Position numbers and translations under genes: made by a program
Shown here: positions 1 to 12,235 of the stretch, one piece after another
Layout of the letters: each line of letters starts with the position of its first letter
How positions within the stretch are numbered: position 1 is the stretch's first letter
Notes under the pieces: model-generated
Told to the model about the DNA's origin: nothing
The model's input: only the letters and a program-made list of their open reading frames with translations
Databases searched by the model: none
From: Hydrolagus affinis
Lineage: Eukaryota
Length of the DNA: 64,000 nt
Direction: 5' to 3'
Assembly: GCA_012026655.1 (NCBI GenBank)
Contig: JAAILG010000074.1
Coordinates: 1-64,000 of the forward strand

Positions 1-152
1 GGGTCTTGTAGTTCAGTGTGCACGCATTCTGATTTTTTACCTCGATATATCGATTTTTCTACATATCGATATTTTTGAAATGCCTATATCGGCATATCGA
101 TGTGAAAATTATATCGGGTTTTAGCGATATATCGATATATCGCCGGACCCTA
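1..152. mobile_element. Right end of a non-autonomous hAT-like DNA transposon (MITE), truncated by the window edge
   Basis: Ends ...CGATATATCGATATATCGCCGGACCCTA (reverse complement TAGGGTCCGGCGATATATCG, resembling TAGGG-type hAT termini). Many subterminal ATCGAT/CGATAT motifs. CpG-rich against a CpG-poor background. Confidence 0.65.
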
Positions 153-987
153 GTTGTCAGATACCAAACTGAACCTAAATCTGGTCAGCAGAAAGTGTGA
201 TACTTCTGCAAAAAGAAGAAAAAACTATTTCCCATTTTAAAACCACTGTCCAATCTCTACTAAATTTCATGTGCAGCCTCTTTAGGGAGCAACTCAAAGG
301 TCAATGAAAGGAACCTACAAGCACTGGTGTGGGAATGTTCAGTTTTCCAGAAATAATTTTCATGAAAACATATTGACCAACTTACCACCATTGGTACATC
401 ATGTCCTTTCAAGACTAGAATATGTTGACAGCATCTACTTACTTTGGCTGTTCTGCAAACTGCACCCGATTCAGTAGAGCAGTTGCAGATAATAGTGCGG
501 AGAAGACAAAGTCCCTGGATCTAGCAACCACATAAGGGAGAGGAGATTACCATCCCTGGAGCACAGAGTTATCCACACGGAAACTAGCAATTTACGAGCT
601 TTTGGACAAGCACAGTTCCATTCAAAATTCATGCTATCCAGCTACGTCTCCTGGTTGTGCATCATGTATCACTGAAACCTTTCCCTTCCACCCCATCATG
701 CATCAATTTCCCACACAGTGGCTCCAAACAATAGGTCACATAACAAAAAATGGGTCCCATATAACAATGCTGCAAAGAATGACCAATATGATCCATGTAG
801 ATGCTAATCTAATGCACTACATTGGGCCTTTCTACAGGAAACTGGAGCATGCTTATGCCAAGACACAATGGCCATAAATCAACAATACAGTAGACTTAGA
901 GGTCTAAAAGGATGGAATTTACATAGCAAACTAAGACAGATCTGTATCATATCAGTTAATGAGTGCAATATATACGTACATATATAT

Positions 988-1231
988 ATAATAATACTTG
1001 CATTTGATATAGTGCTTTTCATGTCTTCTAAATGTCTCAAAGCACTTCATAGAATCTACCTGTAAAGTGAATTGACTGTATATTTGTGGGCAAAACCCGG
1101 CAGCCAATTGCACACAGCAGGTGTGGATTGAAATAATCAATTTATTAATTTTTTTTTGAGGGATTATTATCAGGTGTGTAGAGTAGGGAAACTTGCCCAA
1201 AGTTTTGCCCAGCCAGGAATCGAACCCAGGG
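988..1231 (-). mobile_element. tRNA-derived SINE (dominant family), 5'-truncated
   Basis: Matches the full copies at 39580 and 44548: tail, body GTGGGCAAAACCCGGCAGCCAATTGC, and B box (GGAATCGAACC on the + strand). Confidence 0.85.
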
Positions 1232-1810
1232 TTATGCCATCAACATGGAATTTATTTATGTAAAAAAAACTGACAAAAGTTTGCAAAGAATTTTGTCTGC
1301 ATTGCATTATTTTACTGTACAAATGTATGGTCAGAAATTCTCCCCTTCAACTATTCCATTTTCACACATGTATCTCCATAAGTCAAAAATTATTCCTTTG
1401 AAATAAAGTGTTGTCAGCATTTAATATATTCTGCTCTCTACCATCTACACAATGAATATAGTGGTAAGTCTGATTTGTAACACTTGGTCTCCCGCTCATT
1501 AATTGCAGTTATCAATTTAAAGGTGCAGTTAAGTTCTTTTGCAGGAACTAATAGGTCCAAAAATAGCAAACACATTGAAGAATGTTTTGGTCAGGTGCAC
1601 ATCAGATGTCATCTGCAGAAATCCTTTCAAGCAAAAACTTGTCTTACTTGTCTGTTTATCACCATTTTATGTCAATCTTCAGGGAGCAATTACAAGAAAA
1701 ATTGCATTGGGAAAAAGATACTATTGACCCATTGTGAGAAGCTGTCAAAACACCCATGTTTCTAAAAATGGTACCTTATTAATCTGGTTAAAATGCAGGC
1801 AAATTTTTCA

Positions 1811-1846
1811 TTGTAATTTTTCTTTCTGCTCTCACAGAAGGTAAGG
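1811..1846 (+). other. Candidate 3-nt microexon (AAG, 1838-1840) or recursive splice site
   Basis: TTTTTCTTTCTGCTCTCACAG|AAG|GTAAGG: long pyrimidine tract, TGC at 1827-1829, and a near-consensus donor. Confidence 0.3.
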
Positions 1847-2899
1847 AATTCAACAGTACTTCACAAAACATCGCTACGATCAACTCCCAATACGATGCTT
1901 GATATAATCATTATCATCAGTGTTATTTATCACATTGTCATAATCCTTATTCCCATTGATGTTTCAATTGATGACACCCAACCTCCCCTCTCCCCAAAAT
2001 TTGCAAAAATGGTTGGAGTTCAAATTTCGAACCAATCAATTGGAGTTCAGTAATCGACAAACTGACTTTAAAATGTTGTGCAGTTTCAACAGACACTACA
2101 TATGTTATGGGACAAAATAGTTCCAATATTTTCACTAACAAGAATAGAAATTCTGATATTATAATTATGTCACCTGTAATAATTGCCACATTGGATGTTA
2201 CCCTCTTTACATTTCAGGTGGAATTTATCTAACCTTCATCCATGAGGAAATATTCTGGCTGTGTGACTCGAGCCCCTAATTTCTGTCAAATTATCAGACA
2301 CAGCCCTAAGTTTGGGTGGGAAACCAATTTCAATCGACAAGTAAAAAGTGACGTCTGGAATTCAAAACTGTTTGCATAGCAATCACATTTGCACTTAAGT
2401 TTTCTCCTTGTTGTCAATACCCAGAATCTACATCCTGCACATGGCTAAGAAGGTGAGCAAACATCACTCCAGTCACTATTATTACTATGAGGTATTACAC
2501 TACTGATAACCCAAATCTATAGGCAAATTATGTTCTTTTTCACAACTATGGTCAGTGACAAGCTGTTTGTGATCAGCAATTCAGAAGGCACACAATGCAA
2601 AGTCCTTTGTAGCATATTTGCTCATGGATCAATCTTGCATAAATTCCAGTTGTGTGCATCTTTTTGTTAATGCAGGAATTCACGCATAACAAATCTACCT
2701 GGGATAAAAAATCCCTAAAGTACTCTTTGTAAAAATAGTATAGCTATGAATAAATATCATTTCACCTGAGAATTCAAACTAACTTTCAGGACACCAGAGA
2801 CATTAGAGAAAAATCAGGCTAAAATGAAGTCTATGTATTTATATATAGCATAAGTATAGAGTATAAATATAAATACCAGTGGGCTTTGGTCTGCTTTAT

Positions 2900-3195
2900 G
2901 TCTCCCGCCTTCCAATCATTGGCAGGTGGGCCTTCAGCCAATCAACCCACACCCTCTGGAACTCCATCCGCAGTCTCTCTGCCTCGTCCCATCCCTTCTT
3001 CAAGACCCACCTCCCCACTCCTCTAGGCCTCCCCCTTTGAGCGTGTTTTTGATCAACTTCCTTCCCCCTACTGCCCTCCAGCCTCCCCAATCACTACCCC
3101 CCAGCTCAGGTCCAAAATACTGTCTGTCCAGTGCCTTGGGCTATCCTCCCAATGTGAAAGGCACTATACAAATGTAATTTTGTTGTCTGTTGTAG
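2900..3195 (+). mobile_element. L2 LINE 3' end
   Basis: C-rich 3' region, then CAGTGCCTTGGG...GTGAAAGGCACTATACAAATGTAATTTTGTTG tail shared with 33395-33623 and 35590-35724. Confidence 0.8.
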
Positions 3196-4859
3196 TAATA
3201 ATCAACGATTATAACATAATTCGGATAGCCTCAATGAAGCTACAGGATTTGGGATGCAAACAATTTTCATAAAATGTGGCAGATTTTAGAGCCCGATTTA
3301 AAGACATTGTTTTTCTGTCTGCTTTGGAAGCTTCCTTGAATACAGTTATTCTTCATTCTGACTGATTGTCATGACTGTAGTATTTTTCCTGCAGGCCATC
3401 AATCTCAGGCATGAGCAGATCTCTTGGAGGCATCAGTATTCTGTCTGGTAATTTACTTTGATATTCAATTAAAAACATTTTAAAGTAATGTTGTACATCA
3501 AAATTGCTCAAGTTAGGAGTCAATAGTTTTTTGTGCTGCATACCAGAAGAATTGAATGAGCCAAGAAAAATATTGTCAGTTTTTTTCCTGGGGATAGTTG
3601 TTTGAAATTGAATACCTGCCAGTTAATTTTATTTTAGACAACAATCAATCCAAATGTTTACACAAATTACGTTTTAACTTCATGCAAAAAAAGCAATGTT
3701 GCACATTCTTTTTAGCTAGTTTTCACCAACATCTTAACTATTTTGTTATCATTCAAAAGGAATGAGTGATACATTTCTGGATTAACACGCAATATGTGAA
3801 AGGATGCTCGTACAGGGCAAGCAAGGGTTAACATCAAGGAGAATAAAGCATACAGAACCAAAGCCTTCAGGAAGTTTAATAATTGACCACAGTTGTGACT
3901 TTGATTTTTTATGTATGCATACAATATTTGTGATTCACTTAAATTTTTTCAAGGAAGTTAACTTCAGTCAAATTCTCTGTTATCTTCAGGCAAAGCAGAT
4001 CACTCATAACACTAGGAATTTCAGTCAGAGTTTTTATACTGTACTATTGCTTGGACTTTCAACATCTAACAAAATAGAAAGTCAGTGCTTCAGCTCATTT
4101 GATAACAAAGATATTTCAAAAAAAAAATCCCAATCAATCAATATCTTCAAACATGATAAGGAACATGCTTCTGTGATTCACCACAGTAATAATAATTATA
4201 ATCCTTGCACTTGAGATTCAGCCTCATCATTATAAAATTGATTGACTGGCCAAAACAAGCCAATTGCACACAGTGTGGTCCCCCAAATAGTGACCAATTT
4301 TTTTTTGTATTAGAAATAATTCTGGTCTGAATAATTTTGGTCCGAGTGATATCAATAATTGTGCATGGGTCATGGTTACTAACAAGTTTTCATGTACAAA
4401 TAATAAATTCAGTCCCAATATACAGTAAAATCCAATTTGGCAGCTGTAATAATGTTTAGCGCATTAAGAAGCATCAGTGCTGATTTGTGTTGGCTCCTCC
4501 AACCATTGCCCAAACTGGCAAAGCAGAAATCTACAAATATATTTATTCAAAACATGCACATTATTCATGCCTTATAACATTGAAACATACAAGGCTTTAA
4601 TGAATTTTAAAATCATCTGTATTTTCTTTGGCTAGCTGGGTGTCGTGCAGAAATGTGGAAACGCACTACCATGCTTAATTTTTTCCACAAGTAATTGCTG
4701 TTAAATACAGTATAGTGACTCTTTATTGGGGAAAACATAGCTGCCTTTTAACCCCGCAAGTTCCCTCAAAAAGCCTCGAGTTGTACGTGATTACCGGCCA
4801 GGACACAGATGAAAGCTCACTATCTAAAAAACTCAAAGTGTCATAGGATCTTGACTTAA

Positions 4860-5075
4860 ACACACATGCACACACGGCCTGCGACTGAAGGTGGATAAAT
4901 TCAGTACGAATCCACAGAAACACTATTTCAGTGAGCGAATGGTAAATCTGTGGAACAGGTTGTCTGGGGACATGGTTGAAGCAGGAAATATTGATTCCTT
5001 CACCCACAGATGAGATAGTTTTGCTTTCAGAAAATAACATTATGGGCTATAAGGTGAACTATACTGGACCTTGGT
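4860..5075 (+). mobile_element. CR1 LINE 3' fragment
   Basis: Translates as HGLRLKVDKFSTNPQKHYFSERMVNLWNRLSG, the CR1 ORF2 C-terminal F(S/T)xRVVxxWNxLP motif. Confidence 0.8.
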
Positions 5076-5100
5076 CTTTTTTTTATGTATCATTTATGTT

Positions 5101-5206
5101 CGCCCATAAAAATACATTCAATTCACTTTACAATATATTCTGTGAAGCACTTTGACATATTTTGAAGATGTGATGAGGTGCTATATCAAATGCAAGGATT
5201 ATAATA
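5101..5206 (+). mobile_element. SINE 3' tail fragment
   Basis: TTCTGTGAAGCACTTTGA...GCTATATCAAATGCAAGGATTAT. Confidence 0.75.
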
Positions 5207-5764
5207 TAGATTATGTTCTTATGCAGAGCTTTGGTCATTGCCTTCCAACTTCTAAATTATAAAAGCACAAACAGGATGTTCAATCTCCCAGTCCAATGGG
5301 CTGTGTGGGCTTTGTAAAAAAAAAAATCACTTTGGCTGCTTCTTATTATACATTGCCACGAGGTGTAAATTACATTGTAACAACGCAAGATGTGAAGCAT
5401 AAATGCATTATAATTGAGAACCAATACAGGCCTTGAGCTATGGCACTAACTATGCTCCCTGTCCAGTTTCCCAGATTAATTTCTTACAGATTTTTAACCA
5501 AAATAAAATTTGCCATACTAGTATCTTACCAGTACAAAACTGTTTGACATATTCTGTTCAGTGAATAAAATTAACTCATGATAGCCCACAACTGCAGCTC
5601 GAGAGAAAGGTGAACAAAGTAGGCAAAATCCTTCAAACAGAATTCTCCAGAGTATCAAAGACAATCTAACGTTTACTACATTCAATGCCTCAAATGTGTA
5701 AGGCTCAACAGACAAGCACTATCTAACCTATGTCATGATTTGTAAAGGAAATTCAAAGTACATT

Positions 5765-5870
5765 GAGTCTGGGGTTAGGGAGGGGATTATCAACCAGGGA
5801 AACAGCACCTCCTGCTGAGTATACATGTGCGTGGATATCAAGTGAGAATAAATTGAGCGTAGCTCTGATG
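5765..5870 (+). mobile_element. AmnSINE2-like fragment
   Basis: GGGTTAGGGAGGGGATTATCAACCAGGG...CCTGCTG...GTGCGTGGATATCAAGTGAG resembles the recalled AmnSINE2 central segment. Confidence 0.5.
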
Positions 5871-5982
5871 ATTGAGAGGATGGAGGGACTGGTTTACGAC
5901 GAGTGACTAGATAAACTAGGCATGTTCACACTGGAGAAGAGAAGCTTAAGGAGCGATATGATTGTAGTCTTTAAGATTCTGA
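5871..5982 (+). mobile_element. CR1 ORF2 fragment
   Basis: IERMEGLVYDE*LDKLGMFTLEKRSLRSDMIVVFKIL matches the CR1 YEERLxxLGLFSLExRRLRGD motif. Confidence 0.85.
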
Positions 5983-6071
5983 CCACAATCATTAATATAA
6001 TAGATAATGTAATAGATAATGTAAACCATGATAAGCTGTTTTATCTTGCATTGGACAGTAGGAACTGAAGA

Positions 6072-6671
6072 TGTATGTAGATGTAAGCAGGCTGTTACTG
6101 GCCAGGACACAGGTGAAGATGCAAGCCCAGATGGTACTAACATGTTAATTAAGTTCTCAAAGAACTCTTCTGCAGTATCTCCTTGACAATCCTTAAGTAA
6201 ACCTTCACAAAATCCATCTGGGCTTGCACCTTCATTATTCTAAACTGTCCAGTGACTTTCCATTGGCGATATTTCCATCATTTGAAGAACATGAGAACTA
6301 TTGTGTTCCATGGAGTATTTTATTTATTCATTGTCTTGCTCATATTCTACCCAATATTTTTCAGGACCCTCCAAGGAGAGAGTGCGCATTCCATTCCCAC
6401 AATCCATCTCTGGAATTTCCATGTGTTGGTGGGATGCATGAAATTCATCAGCTTGGTTTGGGTACTCTAAAGCATATGTCAGACACACTGCACAAAAAAA
6501 AATTATTTTACAACCATTTAGGTGCGGTTATTGATCTAGCCATATTTTGAAGGAGCAGCAAACACAGGATTTCACATTCTTATCTCGTGTTTCCCAATAT
6601 TCACCAGTTCTGTAGTTTATTCTCCAGTCCTAAACTCGTAGTCCAAAACAGCCTGCTTACATCTACATACA
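6072..6671. repeat. Perfect 25-bp inverted repeat pair (6072-6096 and 6647-6671)
   Basis: TGTATGTAGATGTAAGCAGGCTGTT and AACAGCCTGCTTACATCTACATACA. Confidence 0.9.
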
Positions 6672-6789
6672 GAGGCATCAATCTGTTCAAGAGAATAGAT
6701 TGATGCAGTTATAGCACGCCATAACTGCATTGATCAAAAGTGAACATTCAATTCCTCAAAGCAACAAGAGCAAGGGAGAATGTGGAAAG

Positions 6790-7060
6790 AACCTATATTT
6801 TCAGGATGTCATTTCATATTAAACCACCTTAACGTATTTCATCAGCAATATTTCGCAAGTGACTTTGTAGGCAAACACAGCAACAATTTTCATTTGCAAG
6901 ATCCCACAAATAACCAATGAGATGAAGATTGTTCGCCAGTTAACCAGTTAATCTGAACAGATACAATGACAGTTTCCTGGCTCTGAATGAAACTACGGAT
7001 ATAAAGCTACTTGTATCTTCCACAAATGTAAGGGAGGCACTAGACACATGGCTTTATCCT
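6790..7060 (-). mobile_element. Highly diverged Deu-domain SINE
   Basis: GTAGGCAAACACAGCAACAATTT...GCAAGATCCCACAAATAACCAATGAGATG resembles the reverse-strand Deu domain. Confidence 0.5.
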
Positions 7061-8299
7061 CAATGGTGTCACAAGAGCACTCCAGGAAAGAAGGATTCAG
7101 GACACACAGGATATCCAAAGTATGAACTTGTCAAAGGTAAAACACACTTCTTAAAACATAGAAATGTTCTGGTGTATGCTAGGAGGCTTCTTCCAAGCAG
7201 CAAATTACACCCCCAAGACTTTCCTTCCCTATCAATGTTCTTCAAGGTCCATCTCAATTTACTTAATTAGCCAAGCATGTGTCATATCATTTCCTCCACA
7301 ACCTGCTACAGTACTATACTTTCAAATGTATTTTCCTCAACTCATCATTCATATTAATCTTTTTTTTAATTTTAGCACCTTTTACATTAGCAAGAGTGTC
7401 AAAGCACTTTACAGGATTTACTAAATGTAAAGAGTAAAAATGCACACCACATATGCATTATAAAGAGAGTGGGGGGTATAAATTACATTGGAATGCTGTT
7501 CCTGATACCCCACTGCAGTGAGCCCTGCACATAGAGGCACAAAATATGTGCATTGATAATCCTCACTGGGCAACTAGAATCAGGAACAACACCTCAGTCG
7601 TTTGCAACAACATTTGCAGTAACTGGAGTGAGTAACTTTGTCTGATTTCCTATCCCACAGATTGACAGAGAACCAATGATAACAGCATGAAATGTAAACA
7701 CATATTTTACAACTACATATACAAAAATCATTATTAATACCTTTCCATCGGATATATTGGAGTTGGAAATATGGTATTTGTCACCAAGATTCTCAAAGAG
7801 TAAGTTCCTGGGAACTTGATGGGAACCAAACTGGTGCTACTTAGGTAGCCTCTGGGAATAAAGTTCCAAAGTAGAGTTTCTGCAGGTTGGCATGATACAC
7901 ACCATTACCCTCAAGAATGGCGATTTGCAAATCCAGTTTTGTTCCTGGGTCAGAGTACTGGGCTTGTAAAAATCCAGTTTGAGGTACTTCATACTTGTTT
8001 AGCTGCTACAGATAATAGTTTGCTCCCACGGCAACCATCCAGCACAATGATTTTGGTAGTCTATCTATGTCAACTTTCAAAAGCAAATGTAGAATAACTG
8101 CATCAATTTGCACGTTCAATGAATCTGCTACAATTTTTAAAGATAGTTATTCAAGAAATTTGCAGTGGATAATTGTGAATTCTATTGAATGAGGTATTGT
8201 TTAATTTAACAAAACAAAAGACTATCTTGAAGAAGATTTCTTTCTACTTCTCACAAACCAAGATGTGGAATCTCCTGTTGCTCCTGTAAGCCTGTAGGA

Positions 8300-8604
8300 A
8301 TCCCATAGCAGTGGTTAGAACACTCAACTTACAAGCAAGATACCTGGGTTTGATTCCAGCAGGGTGAAACCTTGGTCAAGTTTCCTTACTCCACATGCCC
8401 AATAATAATCCCATCAAAAAAAACAATAATGAATTGGTAATTTTTCAGGACTGTTTGTGGGACACTACTTTCATGACCGTCAGGTTTGCTCCTGACAAAT
8501 ATACAGTCAATTCGCTTTAGAGTATATTCTGAGAAGCACTTTTGAGATGTCTAGAAGATGTGAAAAGTGCTATATCAAATGCAAGGATTACTATTATTAC
8601 TATT
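8300..8604 (+). mobile_element. Near full-length tRNA-derived SINE
   Basis: A-box-like TAGCAGTGG, B-box-like GGTTTGATTCC, body, and L2-type tail ending in (TAT/TAC)n. Confidence 0.9.
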
Positions 8605-11600
8605 CTTAAGTCAATGGTGCATGATGCTCCCTATTGTCTAAAGATTCCTGATCGAAGAGATATATTAATCATAAAATGCAGTGCAGAAATTTCAGTGCAA
8701 ATTAATCTTACTATACATTGTGAAGAAGTAACCTCTATACATTATGACTCCCAAAGAATATTGGGCATGAAATGAAACCTGGCTAGATTAGTACTAGACT
8801 GCAGAAAACTGCTGTTAATAAAGGAAGAAAGGACAAAAGGGATTTCAAAGAGAGTGATATAAAAAGAACACAAAAACACACCTAGAAGAATGGATGCAAA
8901 TTGGTCACAAAGGAAAAGATTCATAAAGAGACGGATATTTCAAGTTCACTGATAAAGGAGAATCAGAGGCAGAAACAAAGAAAAGGAATAAAACCTACAT
9001 ACAAGAAGGTGACCACAGTGAAGAGAATTTCCCACAAAGAGCGAACATGGGGTCATTTCTCACCGAGGAACCCAGGAAACAAAATAAAATAAAATAAAAT
9101 AGGTTCAGAGAAGGAGGCAGTTTCAGGAGTGCTGCGGTTCACTGTCACACAGTATGAAAATGGTGGGTGTGAACTGTGCTGGGCTCGCTCCCAAGTTATT
9201 TCAAATCTCAAATGGACTGTTTGTTAACCTCTAAATGGATTGTTTGTGAACATTGACACCCAATTTGTATGTTCTCTACAATGCACCAAGATAGCTTCAT
9301 TTCCAGATGTAATAACCACAAACTCAAGGTGTGGCATTCACTTGCTCTATGATAATAACAAGTATTAGGTATATTACTTATATTATTAAGTAATCTGTTC
9401 ACTTTTTTGTAAGCATGACCTGCCCGCAATGCAAAGTGAAGAGGCTGAAACATGATCCAAAGTGGAATGTGCCTGCAAAATGTCTGCTGTAATATGTTCA
9501 ATTCTACCTCTGTGCTGCAGTGCTCAAAATGATGGCTAGCGTTGTAATGGGAGTAGCTCTGGGATTTTTCGATGTATTGTTACAGATGTAGCAGACACTC
9601 CCAGGCTTTTGCCAATGGCGTTCTTGAAATAACCTCCAGAAACTACATGATTGCTCACCCTTACATTGTTTATCCATCCTTGTGGAAAAGTGTGAAGTCT
9701 TCACCCAGGGGAAATTGCACTCGCCTTGTGGGGAATCACAACTGTGAACCCATATGCTCCCTCTCGATCATACAGTTTATTGCTATACCAGCCCACTGCA
9801 CAGTGTGCCTGCCCTTGACATATGTTGTTTATAATCTCCACTAAGTTTTGTACTTTTGTAAGGTTTCAGTAAATACTTTTAAGATCTGTATGTTGGAACA
9901 CTTTTAAAGAAGAAGAGGATTGGTTAGTCATATGGAGAAGGACACGACACAAGAATAATGTTGGTATCTCAATATACTTTACCTGCTTAACAGCTTTGGC
10001 ATCATTAAACTCTTTCAGGTTGTTACCTATAATAGATAAAGAATCACCCTGAATAATGACACCACCCGACAAATGGTACACTGAAGCCATTCACTATTTA
10101 TGGGACAGATGGGTGTTATTAGATCACTCACTGCAAACAGGCTGTCTAAAGTAGCCCAGTAAAGTAGTCACTTGGGCTTAGATTTAACAAATATACCTGT
10201 GCAAAATTCATCAACTATAGGTTAGTGAATACATCCTTGGTCCCAAATGTGCTATAAATTCTTTGGCAATAGTAAAATGCTTGCTATTGTTGAATGTCAA
10301 AAGCTGGATTAGTTCTGAGTTTACTGCTGCTTTTCTTAGAAGTATTGTAAAAGATTAATAATGCTGCTCACCTATATCTGGGCAACACAGAGTTTTAGTA
10401 TTCACATCAGCATTAAGCAACTATTTGTCATATAATCTGATAAATATGCTTAAAGTTTACATGATCAGATGGAGATTATTTTATTTGTTTTGCTGGCAGA
10501 AGACTATTTGCACAGTTAAAGACGGATTTCCATCGTAGATGTTCCATTTCCTTTACCCTAGTCTATGTTGCAGTTTTATTTTGACCAGTATATCCAGTTG
10601 TAACAAGTAAATTGAATTTAGCTGCTTTTATATTAGTGTACATGCATCAAAATATTTATCCAGTTCCACTCTTCAAATCAAGTGAGGCTCTTGTTTTTCT
10701 TAAAAAAACAATTTCCCACACACCAACTTTAATATTTAGAGATTTATTTATCAGTACATTAAAATATTAAAAAGCACAAGAAATGATCCAGTATCATTAT
10801 GTACGAGAAGCTAATTCATTGATGGCACTATCTGCTAGCTTTTCCACATTTTTATACAATATTCCAGCAAACTGCCTCCACAAAACGGCCTTTGCACAAG
10901 TTACAAAATTCCCTAGGAAAATAAAATCAATCTCTAAACGTTTTTAATGAAGTGACAGATTTCCTTTCTCCAAAATAATCCTTGCCACCGTTTGATGCTA
11001 CTACATTTACTATTTCATTCTGTGAGGCAGGGTCGCCTGCATGATAAAATTCACAGTGACTCCAGTCAATGCTAATCAATAAATCGATGAAGATGAAGTG
11101 AGGTTCTGTTTGGCTGAACACGTCCTGTATGTTCTCCTTAGATGGAGCACTGAGATGCAGACTGGTGCTCTGTTAACAACATTAACTAGCTCAGTGTAAC
11201 TTTGATTGTTAGTTAAATTGAAATCTCCAGTGGCTTATTTCAATGCTCAATCATTATAGCTGTTAGATGACCCAAGCCTAATCTTGTTGTTTTATTGAAA
11301 CACTGTATCACTTGGTCATGTTTCTCATTTTATTAAAAGAAAATATAGGAATTGATATTCATCAGAAATTAGGTAAAGACTGATAGAATGAAACTCTTCT
11401 CAGTTTATTGTCAATATGGTTCTTATATGCAATCAGTTTTGTTGGTCTCAACGTAGATCAGTTGCTACATAAAAATACTCTTAAATTGGCACAATCTCAT
11501 TCAAGAGGCCATAAGATTTTCAGGAAGAGGAAATCATTGATTAATACAGTAGGGGGAGCTCTTTTGAGGTTCACAAAAGGGGTGTCGGGGAGTAATTTGG

Positions 11601-11699
11601 ATGAGACTCAATTTTGGAATGGATCAATTTGATATTTAACTTCGGGATGTGAAATAAATAATGTTTCAGCAGAATAAAGGAAACTTGAATTCGCATTTT

Positions 11700-12235
11700 G
11701 CACAAACTGAATCTCATCCAGGCTCGACAATGCCAAATCCCTGCTTGTCAGCCTCTCTATCTCCTCCCTCCACAGGCTGCAGATCATACAGAACTCTGCA
11801 GCCTTGTCCTCTCTGGCAATAGGGTCCATGACCCTATCACCCCCATCCTCACTTGATTCCACTGGCTTCCCATCACACAGAGGATAAAGTTCAAGATTCT
11901 GGACCTCACCTTCAAAGCACTCCATGGCCTCACTCCCGCCTAAGTCTGCAATCTCCTAACCCACTACCAACCTGCCCACTGCCTCCGCTCAGCAGTCTGC
12001 TTCAAAGGCGGCGGGCCTTTAGACTCTCTGCCCCCACCCTCCAGAACCTCAGTTCCTGCACCTCACCCCCTCCCTTGCCTCCTTCAAGACCCAATTCAGG
12101 ACCCTCCTCTTCGACTGTCACCCTCCTACCTCCCCTGCTCTCCACCACTCCTGATCCCAACTACCAGTTCAAGTTCAGATATCTGACTGTCCAGTGCCTC
12201 TGGATGTCCTCTAGACATGAAAGGCACTATTTTTC
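11700..12235 (+). mobile_element. L2 LINE, ORF2 C-terminus and 3' end
   Basis: SRLDNAKSLLVSL...LHRLQIIQNSAA...ITPIL...HWLPITQRIKFKILDLTFKALHGLTP are L2 RT C-terminal motifs. Tail GTCCAGTGCCTCTGGATGTCC...GAAAGGCACTAT. Confidence 0.9.

Noticed and set aside
6686-6694. TTCAAGAGA, the standard shRNA vector loop
   Set aside because: The stem is too short, there is no vector or U6 context, and a 9-mer coincidence is plausible.
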